This document shows, one piece after another, positions 19,274 to 28,453 of a stretch of 64,000 bases of DNA (within the stretch, counting starts at the first letter, position 1; each line of letters begins with the position of its first letter). Made by a program: the position numbers and the translations under genes. Under the pieces are notes generated by a model that worked only from the letters and a program-made list of their open reading frames with translations, searched no databases and was not told where the DNA came from. The stretch comes from Ktedonobacteria bacterium (GTDB lineage Bacteria > Chloroflexota > Ktedonobacteria > Ktedonobacterales > JACDGC01): NCBI GenBank assembly GCA_027459525.1, contig DAIDIC010000210.1, forward strand, positions 12,326 to 76,325. The letters are read 5' to 3'.

Positions 19274-20260
19274 GTGCAGAATATGAGCAGCATACAAATA
19301 GTATTATTTGTTTTAAGCGTGTCGGCGGTATTATTATTTGCCTCCGGTATACGATTGATTTCAATGCGCAGATCACCGCTGGCCCGATTGATTAAACTGC
19401 AAACACCCGATACAACCCAGAAAATTCACGCAGTTCCATTTACTATTGCGACTGCAAAACATAAACAAGGAATTTTTGCGCAAAATCTTGAAAAATTGGC
19501 CAATCAACTAAACGCAGGGTCGAGAATTGAACAAACCATGCGGCTGGCCGGCATTAAACAAATGCAATTAGGTGATTATCTAACCGCCATCTCCACATTC
19601 ATAATCATCAGTATTATTATTGCGCTATGGACTCGCAATATCATCATCGGAATAGCCCTCATCGGGGCTTCCATCTTTCTGCCGCAATTCTGGCTGCAAA
19701 TGCGCGGAAAAAGGCGCTTAAAACTTATCGAGCAGCAATTGCCCGAATATATTTCCCACGTAATTACTATTTTAAAATCCGGCGCTATTTTAAAGGCAGC
19801 GCTGATTCAAGCGTTAGATGAGGTCCCTGAACCACTGGCAACTGAGTTGGGGTATGCGTTTCACAATCTGCAATTTGCGCCGATTCAAGATTCACTGAAT
19901 GAGTTATCGGACCAGATTCCCAGTAAAGATATTGTTCTGTTGGCGCAGGCTATAGCCATTCAAGTTGAAGGCGGCGGAGATATTATTTTTGTCTTAGAAA
20001 ATCTCAGCGCCATTATTCGCGAAAGAGTAAAGTTTCAAAAAGATGTCCTGTCGCTAACCTCGCAGCAACGTTTTTCCGGCAATATTATTGCGTTACTTCC
20101 GGTGGGATTTGTCATTCTTATACTTATCTTTAACCCAAATTATATTCTTGGCGTTTTTCGCATAACACATTGGCTGGGATACGCCATATTCATCGTTTCT
20201 ACTATTATGATTATGATCGGCCTTTGGGTTATGCAAAAAATCGCAAATATTGATGTTTAG
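19274..20260 (+). CDS. tadB: Tad platform membrane protein TadB
   Basis: T2SSF-like polytopic protein following cpaF. Start uncertain (GTG 19274 or ATG 19283). Confidence 0.8.
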   Translation: MQNMSSIQIVLFVLSVSAVLLFASGIRLISMRRSPLARLIKLQTPDTTQKIHAVPFTIATAKHKQGIFAQNLEKLANQLNAGSRIEQTMRLAGIKQMQLGDYLTAISTFIIISIIIALWTRNIIIGIALIGASIFLPQFWLQMRGKRRLKLIEQQLPEYISHVITILKSGAILKAALIQALDEVPEPLATELGYAFHNLQFAPIQDSLNELSDQIPSKDIVLLAQAIAIQVEGGGDIIFVLENLSAIIRERVKFQKDVLSLTSQQRFSGNIIALLPVGFVILILIFNPNYILGVFRITHWLGYAIFIVSTIMIMIGLWVMQKIANIDV

Positions 20261-20272
20261 AGGTCTCTTTGT

Positions 20273-21202
20273 ATGTTAGATATTCTCCCGCTTTTTGCTT
20301 CTATCAGCGCATCGCTCAGCATTATGTTTATCGTCATGGGGATCTCTCAACGCATGCGCAAGCCAAACAGCATTCAAAAACGCTTGGCGTTTGCCACACA
20401 GCAAATAAACGAAATGCATACGCGCAGAAATAAGAATCCCCTGAAAAAGACGATAAAATCATTCAATTCATTTACCTCTGGCCTGTCTAATACGTTTATT
20501 CCCCTGCGCATGCAGCGTAATATTATGGAAATTGCTCGCTTTGCAGGCAAAGATGATACTTTTGTCTCTTCATTTATCCTTATACGCTTCTTGCTCACAG
20601 GCAGCGGCGTTTTGTTATTTCTGCTGCTGTTCATCTTAAGCGGCGCGCCCGTCTCCAACTCTTTTATCATCAGTGCGCTGATGGGGTTTTTTATGTATAT
20701 GTTTCCTGTTATGTGGCTAAAAAATGCCGCAAAACGCCGGCAAATCGCCATTCGCAAAGATCTTCCCGATACTATTGATTTATTGATCCTCTGTTTAGAA
20801 AGTATCCCTTTCGATCAATCTCTCCAACGTGTTATCGATAAATCGTCCGGAGCAATAAAAGAAGAACTGCTGCACACACGTTCAGATATGAACATCAATA
20901 TTTCCCGCAGCGACGCTTTAAAAGCTATGGCAGACCGTGTGGGTATTGATGAAATCCGCATGATGACCAGCGCCATCATTCAAGCAGAAAAATATGGCAC
21001 ACCGCTGGCAAATGCCCTGCAAATACAAGCAGACGATATGCGCACAAAAAGACGCCAGCGCGCAGAAACAATGGCAAGACAAGCAACAGTGAAAATGATG
21101 TTTCCAACCGTAGCTTTCATCTTTCCTCCACTGTTGCTTATTATGGCCGCGCCAATTCTGCCAAAAATTATTCTGTTGGTCAATCCGGGAGCGCACATAT
21201 AA
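20273..21202 (+). CDS. tadC: Tad platform membrane protein TadC
   Basis: Second T2SSF-like protein (DLPDTIDLLILCLESG-type motif). Confidence 0.8.
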   Translation: MLDILPLFASISASLSIMFIVMGISQRMRKPNSIQKRLAFATQQINEMHTRRNKNPLKKTIKSFNSFTSGLSNTFIPLRMQRNIMEIARFAGKDDTFVSSFILIRFLLTGSGVLLFLLLFILSGAPVSNSFIISALMGFFMYMFPVMWLKNAAKRRQIAIRKDLPDTIDLLILCLESIPFDQSLQRVIDKSSGAIKEELLHTRSDMNINISRSDALKAMADRVGIDEIRMMTSAIIQAEKYGTPLANALQIQADDMRTKRRQRAETMARQATVKMMFPTVAFIFPPLLLIMAAPILPKIILLVNPGAHI

Positions 21203-21726
21203 TGCGCAAAATAGTATTTCAAGCACAAAAACACCGGCGCGGGCAAGCTATCGTTGAATTTGCATTAGTTGCGCCAATTTTATTTACGCTGATTTTTGGG
21301 ATCATCGAATTTGCTCTTATCGGCGCATCACTCTCAATTTGCGAAAACGCTGCGCAAAACGCTGTACATTTGCTTGCCGTCAACGGCGACACCAACTCGT
21401 CTATTGATACACAAGCAGTGCAATTAATACTCGGCCGCGCAAATATACTGCCGGTTATACAAATTCAATCGATCACCATTTTCCAATCTTCCGCCACTAA
21501 TTCGGGTCCGCAAATAAACGCAGAAAATATCTATTCGGGGCCGAGCGGAATACCCACAACACAAAACTGGCCAATATCGCAACGATTTTCTACCGTTTCA
21601 TCGCCGATTTTTGCCGGTATAGAAATTCAATTTACCTATAACTTGCCTTTTGCCTCTATCGGGTCCGGATCAATAATACATCTTCAGGCGCAGGCGTTTT
21701 CATTAATTATGCCTTCCGGAGGTTGA
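21202..21726 (+). CDS. TadE-like pseudopilin
   Basis: N-terminal RRGQAIVEFALVAPILFTLIFGIIEF TadE motif. Start overlaps the tadC stop. Confidence 0.75.
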   Translation: MRKIVFQAQKHRRGQAIVEFALVAPILFTLIFGIIEFALIGASLSICENAAQNAVHLLAVNGDTNSSIDTQAVQLILGRANILPVIQIQSITIFQSSATNSGPQINAENIYSGPSGIPTTQNWPISQRFSTVSSPIFAGIEIQFTYNLPFASIGSGSIIHLQAQAFSLIMPSGG

Positions 21727-22265
21727 TTACCGTGAAATACGCAAAAGGCCAATCAATCGTAGAATTTGTTTTAACAGCTACTGTATTATTAATCCTTCTC
21801 GGCGGCATACTCGATCTCGCTAATATATTAAACGCGCAAAATACGTTACAAAACGCCGCGTTTCAAGGCGCGCTGGCAGGATCGTTTTCCGGAAAAAACA
21901 CCGCCGCCGATTGCAGTATCCTTGCGGCAATTTATAACGGATCACAGGGGTTAAGTGGTGTAACCATCAGCCAAATTATTATCTATCAAGCAAATGTAAC
22001 AGGTAATCCTCTTGGAGGCTCACAGTCTATTGCCTATGAAGATATTTATGCCGGCAATCCCGGATGCAGCAGCGCAGCTGCGCCTCCGGCGCCAACAAGC
22101 GCCAATTGGCTGCCAGCAGCGCGCAATAATTTCATGTATCAAAACGCAAATTTAGGTATAAAAATTGTTTATGTTTATGCGTGGCAGACAAACCTGCTGC
22201 CATTCGGCAGTATAACCCTTTCAGTGAAAGCAGTTGCGCCGATGAATCCTCAGCCGGCCCCATAG
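21723..22265 (+). CDS. TadE-like pseudopilin (second copy)
   Basis: KGQSIVEFVLTATVLLILLGGILDL TadE motif. Non-ATG start (TTG 21723 or GTG 21732). Confidence 0.7.
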   Translation: MITVKYAKGQSIVEFVLTATVLLILLGGILDLANILNAQNTLQNAAFQGALAGSFSGKNTAADCSILAAIYNGSQGLSGVTISQIIIYQANVTGNPLGGSQSIAYEDIYAGNPGCSSAAAPPAPTSANWLPAARNNFMYQNANLGIKIVYVYAWQTNLLPFGSITLSVKAVAPMNPQPAP

Positions 22266-22274
22266 GAAAGCGCT

Positions 22275-24074
22275 ATGACAAAATTTTATTGTATGAAACA
22301 TGAAGCACAAATACGAGCAATTCTCAAAAGGACTCGCAAACCGCAAAAAGGACAAGCGTTGGTTTTATTTGCGTTCAGCGCCGTCATTCTGATTGCCATT
22401 GCCGGGCTGGCTATCGATGAAATTACGGCGTTTTTCCAAATGAATACTGCGCAAACAGCAGCAGACGCCGCCGCTATTGCCGCCGTTCCCTATGCGGCGT
22501 TTCCCTCAGCTGCAACCCCTGCGCCGGATGGCTCAAACGCCGTAGGAGCCGCAGATAGCGCCGCCGCGCAAAATGGATTTACTGACACAAGTAAAATTTC
22601 TGTTTCCACAACAATGCAGCCAATACCCAAAGTTACCGTCACTATTGCAGTTGGCCTTTCATTTACCCTAATATCACTAGTAGGTGTCAACTCAATAGGG
22701 GCAAGTGTAACGGCGACCGCCAGCATGCTACCACCGATTAATTCCGATAACTCCCAAAATTCCGTCGGGCTGCCCGGCAGCGGTGAATATGTTTTTTTGA
22801 CGGGACAAAATGACCTAAAAGAATTTGGTGATCCTTATTCTACACTTTGCGAAGATGGATGGAGTGACGCCTCCAACACAACCTACACCGACGCATCATC
22901 CTATATCTATCTTACACGGCTGGACACATACACCAACGCGCCGCAATACCCAACGGGACCACAGTGCAGCCCCGCCAATCCCGGCAATCCGGATGCTGTG
23001 CCCGGCGGATTTGGCGGACTTTTAACCGCAAGCAGCAGCGTTCCTAATGGTGAAAGTTATCTTGTTAAAATTCCACCAAACACAAAAAATATTGCGCTGT
23101 GGATTTATAATCCGCAATTTGTGTATCAAAACGGCGCAAATACCGGCAATTATTTCGATTATTTCGAGAATATTTTTTCGCCGCCATACTTTGATAATAT
23201 GCAATTTTATCCCCAAATTGCATATGCGCTTTACTCTGTTCCCGAATGGTATCACCGCAGCGCAGATACGCTGGTTTCCGCTATTTGGCCAAATAACACT
23301 GCGCCGCAGTCGGCGCCAAATGTATACTTGCCGGCTGGCGCATGGATGTATCTGCCTTCGCTTGATATGACATCTGCCGATCTATCCTTGCACGGCTGCT
23401 CTGGGGCGCTGATTCCGCAAAGCGGCAGCTATTATAATCCGCCAGTTACAACCGGTTTGGGCTGCGTTGCTGCGCCAAGCGATATTATGAATTGGACAGC
23501 TATGCCATACACATTCAACAATACAACATCCTCGCCACAGTATTATCGTTTTACCACTGATATCAGCGGCGGCTACGGGGTTCACGCATATGCGCTGGCC
23601 ATATGCGCAGACGGCGCCTCGCCGCCTTGTTTAGGAGAAGGAGCAACCATCAGCGCATGGAACACCCAAACTATCAACTTAAACGGCGCGCAGACAAATT
23701 ATCCTATTTTTACCATCCCGGCGGCGTATAAAGGGCAGCAAGTAACCGTAAGAATATTCAATCCCGGCGTGGCAGAATCCGATGAGAATACTGATCTGAG
23801 TGTTACCGGCCCGGCCAACGCCGGAACCATCACATACCCATCTTATTTGCGAACCACATCCGGCGCCGGCGGAACGACAATCGAAACATCAATTGCTGGT
23901 GATAACCTCTACCATGCAAAATGGATTTCTATAACTATTCAGCTTGCGCCAAATTACAACGGCGGGCAATGGTATCTCACTTATTCTATTTTTAACTCCT
24001 CTAATTTAACACCAATGCTGCCGATGACAGTTGCAGTGTCTTCACCCGGAAATCTTGTGCAATTATCTTCCTGA
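22275..24074 (+). CDS. TadG-like large pilus-associated protein
   Basis: QKGQALVLFAFSAVILIAIAGLAIDE TadG-type N-terminus. The remainder is N/Q/S/T/Y/P-rich with no recognised domain. Confidence 0.65.
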   Translation: MTKFYCMKHEAQIRAILKRTRKPQKGQALVLFAFSAVILIAIAGLAIDEITAFFQMNTAQTAADAAAIAAVPYAAFPSAATPAPDGSNAVGAADSAAAQNGFTDTSKISVSTTMQPIPKVTVTIAVGLSFTLISLVGVNSIGASVTATASMLPPINSDNSQNSVGLPGSGEYVFLTGQNDLKEFGDPYSTLCEDGWSDASNTTYTDASSYIYLTRLDTYTNAPQYPTGPQCSPANPGNPDAVPGGFGGLLTASSSVPNGESYLVKIPPNTKNIALWIYNPQFVYQNGANTGNYFDYFENIFSPPYFDNMQFYPQIAYALYSVPEWYHRSADTLVSAIWPNNTAPQSAPNVYLPAGAWMYLPSLDMTSADLSLHGCSGALIPQSGSYYNPPVTTGLGCVAAPSDIMNWTAMPYTFNNTTSSPQYYRFTTDISGGYGVHAYALAICADGASPPCLGEGATISAWNTQTINLNGAQTNYPIFTIPAAYKGQQVTVRIFNPGVAESDENTDLSVTGPANAGTITYPSYLRTTSGAGGTTIETSIAGDNLYHAKWISITIQLAPNYNGGQWYLTYSIFNSSNLTPMLPMTVAVSSPGNLVQLSS

Positions 24075-24081
24075 CCAAATA

Positions 24082-25038
24082 TCAGCGTGACCGGCGGGTA
24101 GTTTTGCTGCGGCTCTGCTTTATAAAAGGAAGAACTAACGTCGGCAGCGGCGGCGGAACCGATTCAATATACACGGTTTCTTCCTGCGAGTGCAGCGCGG
24201 CAAGCACAGCGTTTCCGTCGGCCGGCCTTTCCGCCGGATGAATGGAAAGACATTGCGAAATCAGTTTATCCAAATAAGCCGGCACATGCGGATTCAGCAG
24301 CGCCGGCCGCACAGCCGCCAATCGTCTCTGAGCTATTGCCGATAAATAGTTTTGCACACTCTGCGCCGGAAATGGCATTGCGCCGGTTACCAAGCGATAT
24401 AAGATAACCCCAAACGCAAACACATCGCACGCAGAAGAAATAGTGTCATACATCCATTGCTCCGGCGCTAAATACATCATTGCTTTCTCATTAAACATGC
24501 CGGTAACAGTTATACCGGTATCAGAAACTATTCTGGCAACGCCCATATCTGTTACTGTTACCGCGCCGGTTTTATCGGGAAAAATATTATCGGGATTTAA
24601 GTTGAGATGCATATAGCCTTTTGTATGGATAGCAGCAAGATACTGCGCTAATGTAAAACTAATTTTCTGAACAACACGCATAGTCAATAAGCGATTGCTT
24701 TTCATCAGTTCGGCAAGCGAAACCGCTTCAATCCATTGGGATATAATATATGGCTGTTCATCAACAATAAAAAAATCATATAACTGCGCCGCAGTTTGTG
24801 TATTACACTCCAACATAGCATGGCAGGCGCTCCAAAAACGAAACAAAGATTTTGCCGAAACCCGCGGCAAAAGCAATTGCTTTATTGCCGCTTTGCGCTG
24901 CAATTGTGTATCTATTCCGGCATACACTTTCGCGTATGCGCCGGAATGCATCAATGAATGGGTTTCATATCGATTTTCAAGAGTTAGACGAACAATATTA
25001 TTATTTTTTTTCTTAGTCCATGACATAACATATATCAC
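24082..25038 (-). CDS. Ser/Thr protein kinase-like protein, predicted pseudokinase
   Basis: Kinase fold markers AAIK, DMG, YLAPEQ, but the catalytic loop is HLNLNPDN instead of HRDxKPxN and the Gly-rich loop is degenerate. Start may be ATG 25026. Confidence 0.7.
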   Translation of the reverse strand: MIYVMSWTKKKNNNIVRLTLENRYETHSLMHSGAYAKVYAGIDTQLQRKAAIKQLLLPRVSAKSLFRFWSACHAMLECNTQTAAQLYDFFIVDEQPYIISQWIEAVSLAELMKSNRLLTMRVVQKISFTLAQYLAAIHTKGYMHLNLNPDNIFPDKTGAVTVTDMGVARIVSDTGITVTGMFNEKAMMYLAPEQWMYDTISSACDVFAFGVILYRLVTGAMPFPAQSVQNYLSAIAQRRLAAVRPALLNPHVPAYLDKLISQCLSIHPAERPADGNAVLAALHSQEETVYIESVPPPLPTLVLPFIKQSRSKTTRRSR

Positions 25039-25057
25039 CTATATATATATATCTGAT

Positions 25058-25194
25058 CATGACTTTCGCTGCAGCATGGAACATCGGGGATGTACAAGAG
25101 GCGGCGCCCCTTGTACGGAGTTCTGGGGTGTCCCCGGACCTCCCTTTGTTGCAGATACGAAAACCATACGCTTCTCTTTCAAGCGAAAGTCTTA
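25058..25194 (-). mobile_element. MITE-like structured repeat, copy 4 (reverse)
   Basis: Perfect 5-bp direct repeat CTGAT (25053-25057 / 25195-25199). The termini carry substitutions (ATGAC.../...GTCTT). Confidence 0.9.
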
Positions 25195-25242
25195 CTGATA
25201 TTGAAAGAATCACCGCTTTTCGGTTACAGCGGCAACAAGCCG

Positions 25243-27216
25243 CTATTGTACAGAATGATGAACCATAACCGGCATTTTTACCGTTTCAACTTCAGCGGGA
25301 TATTCATTATTTTTTCGATTATTCTGCGAATGCCGCATATTCAGCAGCGCCATTATGATAGCGGGGCTGATAACCAAAATGTGCCACAACAGCAGCAGCG
25401 ATAACAATACAGTTTCAATACTTACGCTTTGTACCAGCAATATAACTATAGAGACAGCGGCAATTACAGTAAAAACGGTTTCCGGAGCCGCCATTTTTAT
25501 TGCGGAGCCAAACGAAAGTGATGATGTGTATTTCGGTGTCCGTATAAACGGGAGCCGCCGACGATACAATCCGGCAAAAGATGCACGAGAAACCGCCCAA
25601 TTCACGGCAAATAGTCCTATTAAAACCCCTGCCGCTTCTTTCCATGAAACACGCATCACCACCTTAGATGACCATAGAACACGCGCTGCGCCAATAACTG
25701 TTCCTAAAATTGGCGCCAACAACGCCGAGGCAATTAAGGGACGCACCGTTAAGGGAATATGTAAAATGCGCGCCACAATAATGCAATTAAGAAACATACC
25801 CAATGTTATTTGCAAAAATGGATGAAACCAATGCAGCCCATGCATAAGATAATCGTAGCGTTGTTTTGCGTTAAGCCGCGCAAATGCGCCGGCGACTGCC
25901 CCTTGTTTAGGATTTTTATTGCGCAGTTTCCGCCCAAACAGCAGCAGCAAAATATACGCTCGCGTTAGCTGTACGCTGCCATATGCCCAGCGATAATGCT
26001 GTTTTTTCAAATCTGCTAATGTTGCAGGCAATTGCCCGTGTCCATACACAATATCCAAATATCCCCCAACATACCCTTTTGTAAAAATACGCAAACTAGC
26101 TTCGGCGTCTTCAGTTACACTCCATTCCGCCCAGCCGCCGAGGCGCTCTAGCACCCTGCGGCGAATTAATCCCATAGTTCCGCAAAAAATAATAGAATTG
26201 CGTTCCGCGCGGGAATGCATGCCCACCGAGAAAAAATATTTTTCCGCCAAGGCGTTTACATGATGGTAGGTATCGCCCGCGTCATAAGTAAAGGCTTGTG
26301 GGGTTTGTATAAAGGCCATTTCCGGATTTTGCAGAAAAAGCGGCGCAGTTTCTTTCAACCATTGCGGCTGAACAATATAATCGGCGTCTACTATAGCAAT
26401 CAGTTCAGCGTTGGGACTGGTTTGTGTTAGGGCAAAATTCAGCGCGCCCGCCTTATACCCGGGATATTGCTGCAAATGAAATACTTTAATATTATGCTTT
26501 AAACAGAAATCCATTACCGGCCGCCATTTTAACATATCCTGTGTATTATCATCAATGAGAATTATTTCATAGGAAGGATACTCTAACCGAAGAATCGCTT
26601 GTAACGTTTGGATAACCATCTCCGGAGGTTCATCATGCGCCGGCACATGCAGTGAAACCATCGGAAATTGCGCCGCAGCGCTGCTATTTCGCGATGGATA
26701 AAGCCGCATATTCCATTTAGTTCGGCAAAGCACATCAATTAATTCACTGGTATAATACACATCAATAAACGCCGACGCCAGTTCTCCCGCAATAAGGAAA
26801 AAAGCCAGCGTATATCCATACCACTGCGCTGAAGTTGTAACCGAAACATAGAGCGCATATTGCAAAAAACTAAGGGAAAATAAAATAGGCGCGCTAAAGG
26901 CCAAGCAGCCGATGAGGCTCCATTCAGTATGAGTAAAAAAGACACTGATATCTATCAGCTCGGCGGCAAGCGTTGCCAGCAACAAAACAACCAACGGCGC
27001 GCCAACAAGATAACCGATATAAATCGGCGTAACATACGCCGCTGCGGCAAGCAGAACATTTCGCGGACTGGTTCGTTTTATACGTGAAGCTCCTGCCGCG
27101 GCAAGCTCCAGCGTCCGTATCATAAATGTTAGTATGCCCCACCACAAAATTCCCCAAGACGCCGCACTTTTAGCGCTTAAATACCGAACAAAAAGTATGT
27201 GAGGGAGCGCGTTCAT
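25243..27216 (-). CDS. Membrane-embedded family-2 processive glycosyltransferase (cellulose/PNAG synthase-like)
   Basis: IILIDDNT, IVDADY, QTPQAF, VTEDAE and QHYRWAYG (QxxRW) motifs flanked by multiple TM helices. Confidence 0.85.
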   Translation of the reverse strand: MNALPHILFVRYLSAKSAASWGILWWGILTFMIRTLELAAAGASRIKRTSPRNVLLAAAAYVTPIYIGYLVGAPLVVLLLATLAAELIDISVFFTHTEWSLIGCLAFSAPILFSLSFLQYALYVSVTTSAQWYGYTLAFFLIAGELASAFIDVYYTSELIDVLCRTKWNMRLYPSRNSSAAAQFPMVSLHVPAHDEPPEMVIQTLQAILRLEYPSYEIILIDDNTQDMLKWRPVMDFCLKHNIKVFHLQQYPGYKAGALNFALTQTSPNAELIAIVDADYIVQPQWLKETAPLFLQNPEMAFIQTPQAFTYDAGDTYHHVNALAEKYFFSVGMHSRAERNSIIFCGTMGLIRRRVLERLGGWAEWSVTEDAEASLRIFTKGYVGGYLDIVYGHGQLPATLADLKKQHYRWAYGSVQLTRAYILLLLFGRKLRNKNPKQGAVAGAFARLNAKQRYDYLMHGLHWFHPFLQITLGMFLNCIIVARILHIPLTVRPLIASALLAPILGTVIGAARVLWSSKVVMRVSWKEAAGVLIGLFAVNWAVSRASFAGLYRRRLPFIRTPKYTSSLSFGSAIKMAAPETVFTVIAAVSIVILLVQSVSIETVLLSLLLLWHILVISPAIIMALLNMRHSQNNRKNNEYPAEVETVKMPVMVHHSVQ

Positions 27217-27357
27217 GAAATAAATAACCTCTCAATTAACAATTTATGCGTGGAGGAGCGCCTTTGAGTATCGTTCCATGCATACAGTTCACAGCGAGCC
27301 AGAAATCATCTTTCACAATACAATATGCAATCCAAATGGCTATTGGAAAAGCAATGT

Positions 27358-27864
27358 TTATATCAGAGAAAACTGCCAATTAGCGCGCAAATCATATGTA
27401 ACGGTTTCCTGTAAAAAAACTGCGCCATCAAAAAAATGAAGCTCTCCGGTCATTTGGCTGTACATATATGGCATTGTTGTCCGAATGCTTTTCTCTGCCA
27501 AATAAATCATCATTTTCTCCGCTTGCCCGGTATGCGCTGCTGTTTGAAAAGTTGCTTCATCTGTAATTGGCCATGCGTCTTCACCGGAAAATAGCCGCAG
27601 ATCGGGTGAAAAAGTGGAATAAACCTTTATCAGCCTTTTGCGATCGGTATGAATAAATTGTTCCATAATCATACCGGCAGATCCGGAACTGATAGCGTCG
27701 ATACTTTGCAACAACGCCACAAAAGTTGCCGGATTCATAGCAAGGGACGCCAACAACGGCTGAATATAATTTTTTGTCAGTAAAAAGCTGTATCCGCTTA
27801 TATCTTGTTCAATAACTATAATACGAACGATTGCCGAATTTGTTTCATTTGCTTGAAGATACAT
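27358..27864 (-). CDS. Hypothetical protein (168 aa) upstream of the GT2 gene
   Basis: Complete ORF co-directional with GT2. No family recognised. Confidence 0.5.
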   Translation of the reverse strand: MYLQANETNSAIVRIIVIEQDISGYSFLLTKNYIQPLLASLAMNPATFVALLQSIDAISSGSAGMIMEQFIHTDRKRLIKVYSTFSPDLRLFSGEDAWPITDEATFQTAAHTGQAEKMMIYLAEKSIRTTMPYMYSQMTGELHFFDGAVFLQETVTYDLRANWQFSLI

Positions 27865-28066
27865 GATTTATCACGGTCTTTTTATGAAAAACTGCGGATA
27901 ACTGCGCTTGCGACGCAGTTATTGCAAAATAGAAATTGCGCTTATGCAACTTTGCGCAACAAAAATTCTGATTCTATTTTTTGTAATCTGTAATTGTTAC
28001 GTTTTATGGCCATTATAGCAAATATTGGCGTATTAGAAAATGTATTAGCAAAGATGTTTTCTTTTA

Positions 28067-28204
28067 TGGGATTTTCGCTGGAAAGAGAAGCGCATGGTTC
28101 TCGTATCTACAACAAAGGGAGGTGTGGGGGGCATCCCAGAACCCCATACAAGGGGCGGAGACCATTGTACATCCCCGATGTTCCATGCTGCAGCGAAAGT
28201 CCTG
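28067..28204 (+). mobile_element. MITE-like structured repeat, copy 5 (forward)
   Basis: Full length but diverged at the 5' end (GGGATTTTCGCTGG). No recognisable target duplication (TTTTA / TTATT). Confidence 0.8.
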
Positions 28205-28352
28205 TTATTATTGAGATAACCACTATCAACTCGTACTTGCGCTCTGGCCAGCAACCCAGAAAATAGGCAAAGGCAGAATGAGCGCAAATAAACAAGAATA
28301 TATAAATAATTATTTATATATAAAAATATTTACATTTATTCATAAAAATTGC

Positions 28353-28382
28353 TTGACTTTTGCCAGGTAAATCTGTTATAAA
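28353..28382 (+). promoter_or_regulatory. Candidate sigma-70-type promoter for the ArsR-MIPS gene
   Basis: TTGACT (28353-28358), 18-nt spacer, TATAAA (28377-28382), in a very AT-rich tract. Confidence 0.35.
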
Positions 28383-28453
28383 TAGGACAGGACCCTGAAA
28401 ACATCAGGATATACAAATATATAAAAATAATTTGATGTATTGGGATAAATGGT

